The position numbers and the translations under genes were made by a program. A stretch of 64,000 bases of DNA. Origin: Sphyrna mokarran (Eukaryota). This document shows, in pieces, positions 13,245 to 27,378 of the stretch. Under the pieces are notes generated by a model. The model was not told where the DNA came from. It saw nothing but the letters and a program-made list of their open reading frames with translations, and did no database searches. The stretch covers positions 95,604,001 through 95,668,000 of the forward strand of contig JAGIQG010000006.1 of NCBI GenBank assembly GCA_024679065.1, read 5' to 3'. The first letter of the stretch is position 1. Each line of letters begins with the position of its first letter.

Positions 13245-13720
13245 AGAGGCACATATAAAGATCAGTATCAACTGCTACTGGAGAATAATCAACTCAATGG
13301 AAGACATTCTTTTGTCTGTCAGAAACGTATTGATCTTCCAGTGCAAAGAGCTGTGACAACCAAATATTGCAAACTGGCATATTCCAAGATAAAGGACCAC
13401 ATGCTGATGGACACACCAAAAGTTTGGGGCTACTGCAAAGGCTAAATGGGAAAAAGTCAAAAAGCCTTCCCTTCATAACATACCAAGGGGTTGGAACCTG
13501 TGTAAAATCCATCAGGCTATACACACCAGTGAAAGTTTGACATTAAATGTAAAGGTACATTGTAAATATAATCTTTAATGGCAAGAGTAGTGAGGCACCT
13601 CATGCACAGTGCTGAAAGAAATTTAACTGTACTGCACTTCACATAACGTCAAAGTTGAACAGTTAAATAATGCACTTTTAAAAATTTTATGAATAAAGCA
13701 TTATTTTGGAAAATAAAATT
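13245..13720 (+). mobile_element. Tx1/L1-clade LINE 3' fragment
   Basis: Remnant frame CYWRIINSMEDILLSVRNVLIFQCKEL resembles a Tx1-type ORF2 C-terminus; ends with AATAAA and an A-rich tail. Confidence 0.55.
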
Positions 13721-13721
13721 A

Positions 13722-15030
13722 ATTTTAAGCCAGGGAACCAAGTGTGGTTTAATCATCAGTGTAGAAGAGCATGCCAGGAACAGTATTAGACATGCCTAAA
13801 AATGAAACACAAACTTAACAAAATTACAGCACAGTTAGCAGAAATAGCATTCTATAGTCAGTTAGGGGATTTCACTACTAATGGAACAGATCAAAGCTCT
13901 AAAATCCTTCCACTTCCAATTGTGAATGGTGTGGACAATTAGCTAACAAGAGGAGGAGGCTGAAGGAAAGTTCACATCCTCCGAGTTGGAAGAGCCCAGC
14001 ACTGAGTGCAAAAGACAATACTGAGGCATTTGTAACAATCTTCAGCCAGAAGTGTCATAGATGATCCACCTCAGACTCTCCCTGAGGACCCTACCATTTA
14101 CCAAAGCCAGTCTTCAGACAAATCGATTCCCTCCATATGGTACCGAGAATCAGCTTAGCACAGTGGCTATAGCAAAGTCTATGCACCCCAACAACATAAC
14201 GGCTGTATTACTAAAAACATGTGCTCCAAAATTAGCGATGCTTCTAGGCAAGATGTTCTGGTAGTTACAATATTAGTGTTTTGTCTACCTGGCAATATGG
14301 AAAATTGCTAAAGTACGTCCACAGAAAGAACAAATCCAAACCACCCAATTATTGGTGCATTAGTCCACTTTCAATCATTAATGAAATGATAGAGGATTTT
14401 ATCAATAGTGCTATCAAGAGACATTTACTTAGCAATAATCTTCTCACTTATGCTGTGTTTGGATCTGCCAGGACCACTTAGTCCAATCATGGACAGAAGA
14501 GCTAAGTTCCAGATATGAGAATGACTGCCCTTGTCAACAATACAGTATTTGATGGAGTATGGCATCAAGGAGCCCCTGTAAAATTAAAGCCCATGGGAAT
14601 CAGGCAAAAGATTCTGCACTAACTGAATCATACCTAGTACAAAGTCGGATGATTTTGTTGTTAGAGGCCAGTGGCTGAAGCATATACCATCTATAAGATA
14701 TACTGGAGCAACTCACCAAAGCTTTTTCAACAGCATCACCCAAGCCACTGGCCCCTACCACCTAGCAAATCCTGAATAAAGGGACTATAGGCACTACCTG
14801 TAAGTTCTCTCTAAGTCACACAACATTCTGACTTGAAAATATATCATCATTCCTTTCTTCCCTGTTACTGGATCAAAATGGACTCTCCCCTACATCATTA
14901 TAGATAAATCTTCACCAAATGGACTGCAGCAGTTCAAGAAGGAAGTTTATTATCACCTTCTCAAGGACAATTAGGGATGAGGTATAAATTGTGACAGTGA
15001 CAGTAACATTCCATGAATGAATGAAAGAAA
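13722..15030 (+). mobile_element. CR1/L2-group LINE, decayed and internally deleted
   Basis: RT remnants (KSKPPNYWCISPLSII...SAIKRHLLSNNLL) and 3' end ggactgcagcagttcaagaagg...tcaaggacaattagggatg...atgaatgaatgaa. Same family as 53946-55495. Confidence 0.8.
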
Positions 15031-15665
15031 CAATTTAACCAAATTAATTCTTACTCTTTTTGTTCAATACATAAAAGATATGATCCTTTGACACATGGAC
15101 ATACAAAATTACTAAACTTAAGAAAGGCGTCAGCATAATGTTTAAACACAGTGAAATAATGACATTAGTCCACCTGAAGTCTTGGATTGTACACAAGGAG
15201 AATCAGGCACCAAGATCAATTCAGTAAAAACCAATCATATTCAGTATACTCTTCATCCAATTGAAAGAAGGACACAATGTCTGTGAGATGCGCAACTAAT
15301 GTCAGTGGTTTTGGAAGTACTTGTAAATTCTAAGTGCCTGCAAAATTGTTATCGGTGCTCCCTGAACAGCTCCTAATCCTGAAGCACTGGCCTAGTTCAT
15401 ATGTCAAGGATAGACATTCTCTGTGGAACCTTTACTCCAGCATGACTTGCTGTCATCAAGAAAGCAGGGAGAATTTGGGGATGGGTGGGAATAGTCACAA
15501 AAGAACAATACAGGAAGAGATTGGACAGAGAGCAGTAATGAATTCCAACAGAGTTAAGGAGTTGTTCTACATATAATTTAGTTTGCAGACAGAAAATCAG
15601 ATATTTTTCAAGATCCAAAGCAATATCTAACAGAAGTTAAATGACACAGTAGCAATGACTCTCAC

Positions 15666-15730
15666 CTATAGTATGGGATGTGACCGGCGATTGCTGGTTT
15701 GGAGGCTGTTGCACCTTTGTTCGAATAATT
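15666..15730 (-). CDS. PAX5: PAX5 exon 4
   Basis: ttcag|AATTATTCGA...ACTATAG|gtgag, 65 nt; encodes IIRTKVQQPPNQQSPVTSHTI. Confidence 0.96.
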
Positions 15731-16034
15731 CTGAATAAAAATAAAATTAATGAAAGAAAATCAATTTTTAGAACACATAGAAGAAAAATTATTGATCCAT
15801 AATTAGACATTTCTACTAACTTTCTCAAAATCATATTTTTACTATTAATGGTGTGTGTAAAACTACATCATACTGGTGAGATAGCCAGATCTCTGCTCTC
15901 TGAATCTAATCTTTCAAGAGGTTTTGGGGGTATTCTGTTCAAAATACAGGATTACAAAAGGTACACTTTGCCTTTAACATAGAGATGCTTTCTGGTGTTA
16001 TTTTTCTTTAATATTAAGGTGTTTAGTTGTAAAA

Positions 16035-16442
16035 AGAGTTGCATTTATAATGTGTATGTCAAATACATCACAAAGCACTTTAAAAGCAATGAAAAACTTC
16101 TGAAATGTATTCCCCATTGTAATGTAGGAAATGTGTTTGCCAATGTATGCACAGCAAGGTCCCACAAAGAGCAATGAAACAATGACCAGATAATCTGTTT
16201 CAGCAATGTTAATTGTGCGATGAATATTGGCCAGTACCCTTGGGATAATCTCTTCAAAATAGTGCTATGAGATCTTTCATTTCTACCTTAGAGAGCAGAC
16301 AGGGCTTAATGTCCTATAAGTCTCCTCAGCATTACACTGCAGTGTCAGTCTAGATTTCTGTGCTCAAGTACAGGAGTGAGGCTTGAATCCACAGCCTCGC
16401 AATGCAGTGAGCAACAGTGCTACAAACTGAGACATGGCTGAC
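16035..16442 (-). mobile_element. DeuSINE-type (SacSINE1-like) SINE, near full length
   Basis: Reverse complement gives tRNA head, Deu-like core (tgcacagcaaggtcccacaaagagcaatg on +) and tail. Confidence 0.75.
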
Positions 16443-16929
16443 ATCATAATTTGAAGCAGATATAAATAATCAAGTTTTAAAATCAATGCAACACAAGGCT
16501 TGCGATGCAATATTGCTCCTGCTCTGTTTCTGGAAGTTAGTACACAGCCAGTTTTATACAACTATTATTGCACGTGTTGATAGTTTTTAAACTCTTAAAG
16601 GAGAATTACAATCCTATCCTTGTCTTCATCAATGGTCCAAGTATGAGGCTCACATTTAATGTGTATTTACTTCTTTAAATACAACTGCTTTAATTTTTTT
16701 TCAACTGATATAAATTTGCTTTAAGCTTTTAATCTTTTCCACCTTTCCTCAAGTTCTTCTTGGTCACTAAAATGTGTCTAATCTGGTAAGTTTTTAGTGG
16801 CTGAGATTTCTATATCAAGTGTCATAATAATACAACTTCTAAAATCTCAGTAACATCAAGAAGCTCCATATTAGTGCAAATTGTTACTTTATTAAAAGTG
16901 CACGAAGAACTTGCTGTATCTGTTTCTTG

Positions 16930-17470
16930 GGAATGAAGTGAATCAAATGGAGCAAATGTCAATGGAGGAATACCTATAAAAAAGTGATCATAAGATTTAA
17001 ATATAAAAAACTGGTTCAGCAACAACTGAAGTATTGCGTCCAATTCTTTAATGCAATGTGTGACTTGAGAGAGAGAGCAGTAATGATTGATGATTTTGGC
17101 CGAAGGACCACTGAGAAGCAACGTTTGTTCTCCTTGGAGCAGAGGAGATTGAAAGAAGCTCTGATAAAGGTATTCAAAATCATGAGAATGCAGAATTAAG
17201 ATTACCATCAAAAGAACCAAACATGAGGAAATTTTTTTTATACAGTGAATAACTATGATCTAAAATGCACTGGCAACAAGGTTGGTGCAGGCTGATTCAA
17301 TCATGGTGTTTAAAAGAAAATTAAATTCAAAGAAAAAGCTTTTGGAAGTATATAGGAAAAGGATGAAGGTTTTGAAGTACTGGATTTTTGCTCTTGTAAA
17401 GTTTTGCATCTCAATGTGCTTAATAGCCTCCTTCCAAATTATAACCATTCTAAGATTCTATTTCACAGCT
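16930..17470 (+). mobile_element. CR1 LINE fragment, decayed
   Basis: QLKYCVQF and RLFSLEQRRLKEALIKVFKIM are CR1 ORF2 C-terminal motifs. Confidence 0.75.
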
Positions 17471-18512
17471 TTGAGGACCCCAAAAAGTTCATTTAAAGTA
17501 GACTCCATAGAACCAATTGTAGAAGTAAGATATTCAATATCTATTTAATTGTAATGCAGTGCAGATGTAAACAGGTAGAAGAGCTTTTTGGATGGTCTAT
17601 TTGTGACATGGAAAAAAATGTGCAGAGAAAAGCTCACAGGAGAATGGGCAAGATTATTATGGATAAACAGAAAAGTTGAAGGCTAAAGGCAAATGAGGGA
17701 TAGTATCCTATCAAGGAATGCAAGAAAGAGGCTTTGCAGCAGTATTCAAGTCTTTGAACAAACTTGAGTAGCTGAGAGTAAAAAATTGTTGATGAATGGC
17801 TTTTTGTTGTATAAGGAAAAACAAGGTTCTGGAAGGCAACATCAACCATGAAGAAGCGAGGCTATCGCAAATAATTTGGCCATTAACGTGAAGAACTAAG
17901 AAAAGAATCAAAAATTGGAACTGCTGATAAATTTTGTGTAAATATGAAGAACCTTTTGTGGAAGAATTAAAAGAAACTATATTTTAAGGACTCATAGAAA
18001 GACAGGACAAACATTAAGCTATGATGATCCAGATGTTATTCAATGAAGGGAAAACAGCTGTTAATGATAAGAGTGATCAATCAAAAGGAGGCAGATTAAT
18101 ATAGAAAGAAAGGAGCTAACAAGATTGCAAGCTGAGAGAAAGAAGTTACTAATATGAAGAATGAACAGAGTAGAAGAGAACAGTGCCATAGAAAACCATT
18201 GCATTGCAGGATAAGGAATAACCACATGGGGTAAGTTATCAGACTGGCCCAGTACCATACAGCTGTGTCTCAGTTAGAATCTAATTCTTTAGAAGAGATG
18301 GGAATCTGTGAAAATTAAATATAACTTTTAAAATTATATATGTATATATTTCATCGACCAAATCTCTCAAAATGTTAGTACAATGAGCCTTTTTGCTGGT
18401 TCTCTTGTCAATCTAAATACTAGTTACAGACTGCAAAGACAGAATGAAACTGCTGTACAGAGTTAGGATCATAATGTAGGTTAATGTTGGACAGTGCACC
18501 CCCTATGGGTCA

Positions 18513-18716
<204 letters not shown>

Positions 18717-21700
18717 TTAAGAAGAAAAGCAGAAGAACATTTCAGGCCATTACTTAAGATTGGACACAATCCTGATAAAACAAAATAATCTGCAAACAGA
18801 ATTCACTTAAATGGTTAATGCCAATCATTCTTGCATGGTACATGTGGCTGACGCATGTCACATCAATGATGAAGCAGTATAATAACTTCTCTAATTATAA
18901 ATGTAATAAAACATTTTGTTATCTTGAAAGGGGATGTTTAGATGAACAGAACTGATTTATATTATGTGTGGAGTATACATGTTACTGAATATTTAAACAT
19001 CTATGCTTATATGTACATAAGTGTGGATACATATGTGTGTGCATATTGTGTCTGTAAATATAGGCTTATACACACATGAATTTATGCATCCGTGTTGTAT
19101 GACAGAGAAACTGTTTGATCTAATGGTTTCCTTACTAATGAAATTATAAATTAATCATTTACAAAATGCCCTCTTACAGTATGCAGTAGGTTTCTTCAGG
19201 GTGAAAAAAAGACTATTATTTAACACATTGCCAGACAGCAATGTCATGACTCATGAGTATACAGGATGGTCTATGATCCTAACTTTAACACACCATTTTT
19301 CCCTCTGAATCTTCACCACAAATGTTCAAGGGCAACAAAATGCAATTTTACTTTGATAGCTTTTTTTGTGCCTTATGAAATTATGGAGGCAGTTAGTCAA
19401 AGGAATGAACATTCAGATTCAGCTCATCATGAAGTGTTTTGCCTGGAGTGCCTTAAATAAATTACAAGCAGTACAATAATCTTTATGCTGCAATTTGACT
19501 TAGCTTCTACTTTTCATCAGGCATCAATTATTTCCAGTTGCTTTTCCATTGACAGTTATTTTTATTTTGTAATCATTCTGGACTTCGTATTTTACATGAA
19601 GTATTTCTTTTAAGATGCCTAATGCATTTATTTATTTTGTTTGTAGCCAATCTTTCCAAATATTTCAATCTTTTCTTGCACATCTCTAATGCAACAAGTA
19701 TCAGAGACCAAAAAGAATTAGAAAAAGGGATACAGAATTCTGTGCTGTCAGGAGAAACTAAGCTGCATGTGCAACAAAGGGAAAGGAAAAGAGAAAGAAA
19801 GCAGCTCGGACAGAAGTCAGGGGAGATGAAGGAAGAAGATACAATAAAGCCTGAAGGAAAAGGGAAAGCAGCTTATACTAAGATTGAATGGAGAGGGAGA
19901 ATGAGGCCACGAAAGAGGGACAAGGCACAAATATGTTCCAGGGAAGAATGTGGGAAGAAATCAGAATAGTGTAAAGTGGCAGGCAGCAAAGTTCTAATAA
20001 ATGTCTTGTGTCAGTACACCAAAAAAGTAATAGATGGACAGACTCAAGAGATGTTCATTTTTCTAACATAAAGTTAACTTGGGTGCATTAAAATTATCTC
20101 TATAACAATAGTAAATAAACTTCAAAGTCATTTATTGTCTGTGAAACATTTTGGAATATTTTTGAGATATACGATGCTTTATAAATGCAGGTATTCATCT
20201 CTTTTTTTTGTAGATTTGTCGAAGACACTGTGCCAATTGACTCTCAGGAGGTTGTGCGCTTGGCCTCAATTTCAGTGAATGTAATGCAGTTTTTGTCTGT
20301 CAGTTTATTTTTAAAAAATTGAGAATATCAAAAATAATATTGCTACAATCCCTTGTCAATATACATAGGCTAATTCTGACAATTAACCCCTGTAGTATCA
20401 GTGTGTTCCTTTCTAAATTCCAACTTAATCTTAAAATGGAAACGTCTACATAGACCTTTAACTGTTCAAATTTGTTTTGTATATTTAATTTATTTGCTTA
20501 ATTAAAATTGTGAAAATGAATCTCCCAATTGCAGGTATTCTTTACAGACTGTTACATCCGTCAAATGCATGGAGTACTGTGCCTTTGGAAAGACATGGCC
20601 AAATGCAACGTTTATTCTTGTACAGTTTCTGTTTTAACTTCTTGGGTCAAACAGAAAACGACCTAAATCCTGAAGAGAGGCAGAAGGAGAAGAACTTTAT
20701 TCTAATTTTTAAAATTCTATAACCGAAATATGCAGTGGATCCATTCACATTAATTACTGTTTCAGCTTCAAATCATCGGAGAAATGTATCTCATGTAATT
20801 GGTGGCAAGTATGAAAACAAGGCACATATGAAGGTTCACCCCCTGGTGCCACTGGTCGACTGACCATCCAGCCTCAAATGGGCAGACCTCAGTTCGAGAG
20901 TTCCTGCAAACGCAGCTCTCCATTGTCGGGATGAATAAGGAAAAGCGAGGCCGGTTTTTTCTGCGATTTAGTTTTACACCCTGATATTTTTCATGGCAGT
21001 TAAAGTGGGCGAGGGAAGAGGAGGCAGAAACAAAGAGTATAGAGAACACGAAAGGAGACAAAGAATGGAAGAGACATCTTGCTGTTCTGACCCAAGGATC
21101 CAAAATTGGGACAGGAGCTGCATTTTAAAAATGTTGTTCTTCTGGAATCAATAGGGGTTGGAGACTTTTCTAGCAGACTCTAAAAATATTCCATATCTAA
21201 GAAGGTAACGTCACTCTTACTCGCATTAAAAAGCAAATAAAGTTATTGACTTCCCACTGATCTTCTAGTTTGCTCTTGGCTCCCTTGACTCATTGCGTAG
21301 ATGCGCTAAGGGTTTTGTTTTCTTGAAAGAATTTATTAATGAAGTTTTAGAGTTGTCTTATACTTGCGATCTATATAAATGTAAGTTGTTATTACAGATT
21401 TTCTCTCCTGTCACATCTCATCCCTGTTTTGCTGTCCCATCCCGAAATTTCAGAGTCAAAGGTAAAAGGACTGAAATCAAATGGAAAATCTGGTGAATTA
21501 GAAAGTGAGCAATATTTCCTTGAAGATCGTAAATGGGTGGAAAAAAAACAAAGAAAGAAACGAAAAATGAGAAACAAACACCACCAGTAAAGTATCTACA
21601 AATTCTTTCTCTGCAGTATTTACTGCGAGAGCAAAAATTATTATAATCAGTGCCAATCTTTTTGGCTTTTTCCCCTCATTTTTCTTTTCTGGGTCTTTCC

Positions 21701-22914
21701 CTCCAGTTTTGTTCCTCTCTCTTTCAGCCCTCACTATCATCAGACTTGCACCCGCGCAGGACCCGGTCAGCTCTGATCAGTTTCGTCTCTGATTTAATTT
21801 TAAATTTACTCTCTTTGGATTCTGCATGTTGTGGAGATTTGGAGGCGCTGTGGACAGGGATATGGCGCTAATTTCACTGGCTGCCCGGAAAATCCTGTTG
21901 ATCTGGCCCCCTTTTGCCCATTGGTGCGCACCCGACAGTCTCGCAGCTTTAGGACAAGTTGCCCAAGTCCGAGAAACCAGGAAAAGCGGCCAAAAAAAGA
22001 GTCTCTGTCCGTGGTGCTGAATGAGGTGAGGTAGCTAGAGAGGCAGAATGGCGCAGAAAGAAAAACTTCAAAGAGATGCAGACATAGAAAAAGAGAGCGA
22101 GAAGAATAAAAGAGATCGACAGATCAAGAGGGAGAGAAAGGAACAGAAATGGAGAGTGAAACACACAAATTGAGCAAAAAGACAGAGACGGAGACAAAGA
22201 AAGACAGACAGGGAGGGGAGAGGTAAAGGTAAAAATGAATCAATGAAAACTGCCATTTACACTTTCCCATATTAGCACTGGAGATTAAACATTGGGGGTA
22301 TGTGTGGGAAATACATTGTTTGATATCGTTTAGTACGAAATACAAAACGTAGAGTTACCTACATCATTGTACTTAAAAGTGCATGGCAGTTACTTTGATG
22401 CCCAGAAAACCTGTGTATTTTCCCTGGGTTTTTGTTAATTCCTGACGGTGGAAGCAGCTGTGAACTTCCACAAGGGGCTAAATCTCCAGACGAGGCTGCT
22501 TGAAGAGACAACCCACCAAACAGAGACACCTTCAGGATGCTCTTATTACTGACTATGCTGTGCGATTTGCTTCTCAAAACCAAACCAGGTGTCTTTTGGA
22601 AACACGGGTCTTGGCTTGCCGACCCGTACAAGGAAGGGCTGGGTCTGTCCTGTAGGACAGCGCAGGACATCGATCCAGTCACTTCCGGCAAAAAAAAACC
22701 CTTTCCTTCCAAACACACTTTTCAAACCGGGATGAGAAAAGTTGCTTCAATGTTTGCTCGCCATATTTTGCTCATTCTCTCACTCCGACTCTTCTCCCGT
22801 CTCTCTGCCTCTTATCTCTCTGCCTTTTTTTCCCAAATTTCGTTCTGTCTCCTTCTTTCTCTCTTACTTCAAGATTAGGCTAATTCCCTGTGAAGCTGTG
22901 TTACAAGGATGATA

Positions 22915-23128
22915 GTAAAACAGAAAATGCTGGAAAAACTCAGCAGCTTTGGCAGCATCTTTGGAGAGAGGAACAGAGTTTAATCTTTCAGGATCTGTGA
23001 CCTTTCTCCATAGCCTGATCTGGCTGCAGTATGTTTTCGCAAAAGCTGCAAGCCTTGCTGAAAATTTCCAGAACTTTCCTATTTTTATTTCAGATTTCCA
23101 GCATCAGTAGCATTTTATTTTTTTGCAG
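22915..23128. mobile_element. Short palindromic non-autonomous repeat (Penelope-terminus/MITE-like)
   Basis: aaaacagaaaatgctggaaaaactcagcag...ggcagcatct...gagagaggaacagag with an inverted partner tttatttcagatttccagcatc. Same family at 34960-35525. Confidence 0.65.
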
Positions 23129-26100
23129 GAGTTTCTGCATTACTGGTTGCAATAGGTCGATAGTGGGTGGGTGGGAGGCTAGTGGGGGCTTATCTTAAAC
23201 CGAAAGCCCTGCTGTGTAATGGGAGGAGGTGGGGACAGATACCCTTTGAAACTCCCAAGCCCCGCTGGCAGAGTCCAACATGAAACAAATTAGTTCTGAA
23301 TGAGTGACCTATAGATGGTAAGCAAGATAATTCGGAATAAATTTATCTTTAAGGAGCCCTCTCCTGGAAACGTCAGCAATATAAATTAAAAAAGGAAAGA
23401 CGTTAGAGACTGAAAGACGTGGCGAGGCGAGCGCCAAAACCGCTGGGTGACTCCAAACGAAGTGAAAACTTCCTGAGGCCAGGCTTTCAACAGCGAGAGC
23501 GTTTGAAAAAGAGTTTGTGTTACTAAACCGGTTACCTACAGTGCCCTTCGCATGGGATAATGCACCTACACTGGAAACAGATCAATAAATCACCAGAGAT
23601 TTCAGATCAAAGAACAATTACGGTTTAATTCCAACTGATGTATCCCGCCTAAACAGACACCAGCACTTACATGTAAAACTGCTCTTGTTTCTGTAAGGTA
23701 CCATTGGAATGCCTCTTCCCATTGGTTTTAAGTGGAGTGGAACTGAGTGCAGTGGCATCATGAATCTCCCTATTAATTAAGTCTTGCGGGGAATAAATGC
23801 GAGTGTTGCGGGCGGTGGAGAGGGGGGAACTGGTGGAGACCGTGGACTGGCTGCTGGATGTGTGAGAGAGGTCGGTCAGTGGGGAGCTGAATGTTAATCC
23901 CTGCTTCACTGCGCTCTGACCGCCTTTCCCTCCTTCACACTCTTTTCCCTTCACATTCCCTCTCTTTAACCACCACCATCCGCCCCCCTCCCCCGTCCCC
24001 CAGACCGTCCCACCACCCTGAATGTGCGACTGGGCGTGGACACGGAACCGAACCCAACATTATTGCTCACAGTCCGGTTGGAAAAAGTTAGTGGCGGCGA
24101 CGGGCCGGAAAAATAAGTGAATTGGCCAAGGTTTTGTCCAAACGGATTATTTTTGCTTGCAGATGAACCGTGAAATTTGGCTATGAATGATGTCAGGTTT
24201 TTATTACCACGGAAGGCAATCGGTGACTCTTAGTTAATTATTAAATTAATTAGCAAATGACAGCCTTTCTAAAGTCGTGTCAGATTCATTGAAATTAATA
24301 ACTTAAATGAAGCCGATAGGAAAGGCAAGGGAAGTCAGAGCTATTGCGATGTTGTAATGATTTGTCAGTGTAATTGGAGTTCATTCTAGCGTATGTGTGG
24401 TTAAAGGCTTTCCGGCACCATACCTACAAACCAGCACTGCTCTGCCCTGACTTTGTAATCTTGTTTGGAAGCTGTTTCGTTATTCGTTTGTCCAACTTTC
24501 AAGTTGGCACAGGATTCAAATGAAGCATCTGCAATCTAGCTAGCGACTGACCTGTTGTAAATGAGACAAGAAAGAAAATATACAAAAGAAAAAGGCTGCT
24601 CGGCACAATGGACACTTCGACCTGGTCTGATGGCGCAGAAGCTGTCGCATTCGCCAACTGTGATCAACTGGCCAGGGTCTGAGCAGCAATCAGAGTTTGG
24701 ACCCACCGTCATTCATCAACTCTCACCACTTCCAATAACGACTGGAACAGATTTCGCCAATATTTCGTTTACTTTGTTACAAATTTGGCCATTCTATCGC
24801 CAGAAAAAATGTGTTTTTAACCCCCAAAGTCTTCGATTGTCGAATCTCCAGCACTTCCCATTAATTTTAAAACTAAATGTTTCTCCTTCATGGGACTGAG
24901 ATGGCTGGTTCCGTCTTGTGTTTATTTTTGGGACGGGCTGAGGTGGACTGGGGCTGAGAGGGTTGGGGAGGCAACTTCCCTTCCAGTGCTATTTTACAGA
25001 TTTGAAATGTAGTGCATGGCTGTTTGAATAGGCTTTATTCTCGTGGAGCAGACGCGTTAGGTCTGGTGAAGCAAATCCAAAGGCAGCTCGGGACACCTCA
25101 TTATTTAGTACAGAGGCCTTATCTGCAGAATAGGTATATGGAGAATTCTCTAAAATAACGTCGATGCACTAGAGAAATAGGAATTCACTTAACCAAATAA
25201 ATTTTTTTTGGATCTTTAGTGGACCGACGGCTGGCCAAGTATCAATAAAGTTGATTCCCTGCCTGTGTTTTGACAAATATATCTGACGCGGGTAATAGTA
25301 CCCCTCTACCCAGCCCCAATTTTCATGCACATGTAATTGCTATAATAAATATTGCTGCTATAATCTAATAGAAGGGTTTAATCTATCCAAATCTCACCGT
25401 TTCACGCAACTCCTGCAGCTAAACTCCACCTCCCATCCCAGGAGGAGGAACTATAAATTCTGCCAATTTGATTTCCCAACATTAATAGTCAGGCAATTTA
25501 ATTTCCGAAACACCTTAATGTAGACGATTTTCGGTCACAAAATGCAACATCACAAAAATATATGAAATATGGATATAAATATGTCTAATCAAACCGAGTA
25601 CCAAGGCTGTAAGGGAAATGAAAGCGCCGTAATTAGCTAGATTCCTTTTAGTTGTGAACTATGCAAGTTTCCTTTATACCTGTGTAAATATACAGCGTTT
25701 AGCTTGCTGATGTTCACGTGGAGTTGGTACGGCCTGTAACAGTCATGTATGTGCAGATATTCACATTTCGGAATAGTTTAGTTTGAATGTAGTTGGGAAG
25801 GCATTGAGCCCAGTTAAAAATGCCTATGCGTTTGTGTAATGTTATATGTTCGTGTGCCCTTGTGCGCCACGGTTCTAAACGCTCGGACACCTGTATTCTT
25901 TACCCTGTCCGTGTGAGCAGACTGACGATGTCGGTCTATGTAAAGGCAAAACAACGGTCAAGGCTGACGCCAAGAATAAAAATGTCCCAAGTGCCCAGGC
26001 TGCCTCGCTCTGCCCCTAAGTAGAACACTGTTTTAAAAAACTGAGGGTGACACTGAAATAACAGCCGTGCCTACAGTCACCGCCTTTCTGGCTGTTTATC

Positions 26101-26713
26101 TGTATACCCACCAGGTGTTTACTGGCTATGCCGGGAGGGTTCACATATATTAAAGGATTATTTTACTTTCTTATAACCTAGGGATGTTTTCTGTATTATG
26201 CGTGGCTTTTATTAGCTAGGGTTGTGGTGAATCCTTTTCTGCTATTCTCTGATATCTGATTCTCTTAATTTAAGGATTACCCTGTTGTCATATCCTTTCT
26301 GATGGATTACCTGCAGGAAAGGCTTTGTCTGGGATATGTCGGTCTTGGATTATTTCTGCTCCTCATATCTGTAATGTTAGGTTTGAATTACTTCCGATTC
26401 TCTTGCCTCTAACACTATTTCCCATTATTGCCTTCTTGCTCTAGAATATGGTTTCTATTATCACTATTCCGCTGAAGCACACGGCCCCGCCATCAAAGTT
26501 GCTGATTACAATGTAATTTCTTATTTATTTCGACTTTTTGATACCTGCTTGGGATTTGGTTTTGCAAATCAGTTTCTAATTCTTACTTTCCATTATTCTA
26601 TTAATGCCTTTCATCCGAGGTTGACGATTAACTAAAAAATGATCTGGAAAGTGTCAGTTTGGACTCGGGTTGGTTCCACATAGTTATCCTGTGTGATGTT
26701 TCACGCTTCTTAC

Positions 26714-26879
26714 CTGCCCAGAATCTTGCTGACGCAGCCGTGGCTCACCCTGAGCTGCCTGGAGATGTCACAGGGTCGCACCCCTTGGTGGGCCAGCTCC
26801 ACGATCCGCTGTCGGACAACATCGGGGAGGGGGCGACCATTCACAAAGACCCCTCCGAGCTGATTCACCCCGCCATGCC
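26714..26879 (-). CDS. PAX5: PAX5 exon 2, paired domain N-terminal part
   Basis: tacag|GGCATGGC...GGCAG|gtaag, 166 nt; encodes [54 protein letters not shown](R). Confidence 0.98.
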
Positions 26880-27330
26880 CTGTATACAACATACAAAACA
26901 GAGAGAGAGAAAAGAAACACTGCAGCTAGCCAGTAGAATTCCAACACTAAGTCTGTATCTCCGAGCTAGGATTTATTGACAACACACAGGGGCCAGCAGA
27001 AACATGGGGAAGTGGAGGACAGACAACACCCCCCCTCCTTCCTCCTCCCCCCCCCCCCCCCTTTGCAATAAGTGGCTGTCCACAGGCATGGGAAGACGGG
27101 GGTGGGGGGACAAGGGGGTGGGAATATGCTGCAGCACATTGGACAATGAAGAGACAACCAGGAGAATGAGGGGCAATGTGTTAAAGAGGGAAACACTTTT
27201 TCTAACATGGGCTCTCGTATTAGCATGTAGAGGAACACAGGAGCACAGTAGCTTCTCTTTTCAGGCGATCACAGCCACACGCTCTCCGCCAGCAACTGGA
27301 CCTCCGGCTAGGAACAAGGATATCTACACC

Positions 27331-27378
27331 TATATGTATATATATATATATAATATATAGATAGATGGATAGATATAC
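27331..27378. repeat. (TA)n/(TAGA)n microsatellite
   Basis: tatatgtatatatatatatataatatatagatagatggatagatatac. Confidence 0.85.
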
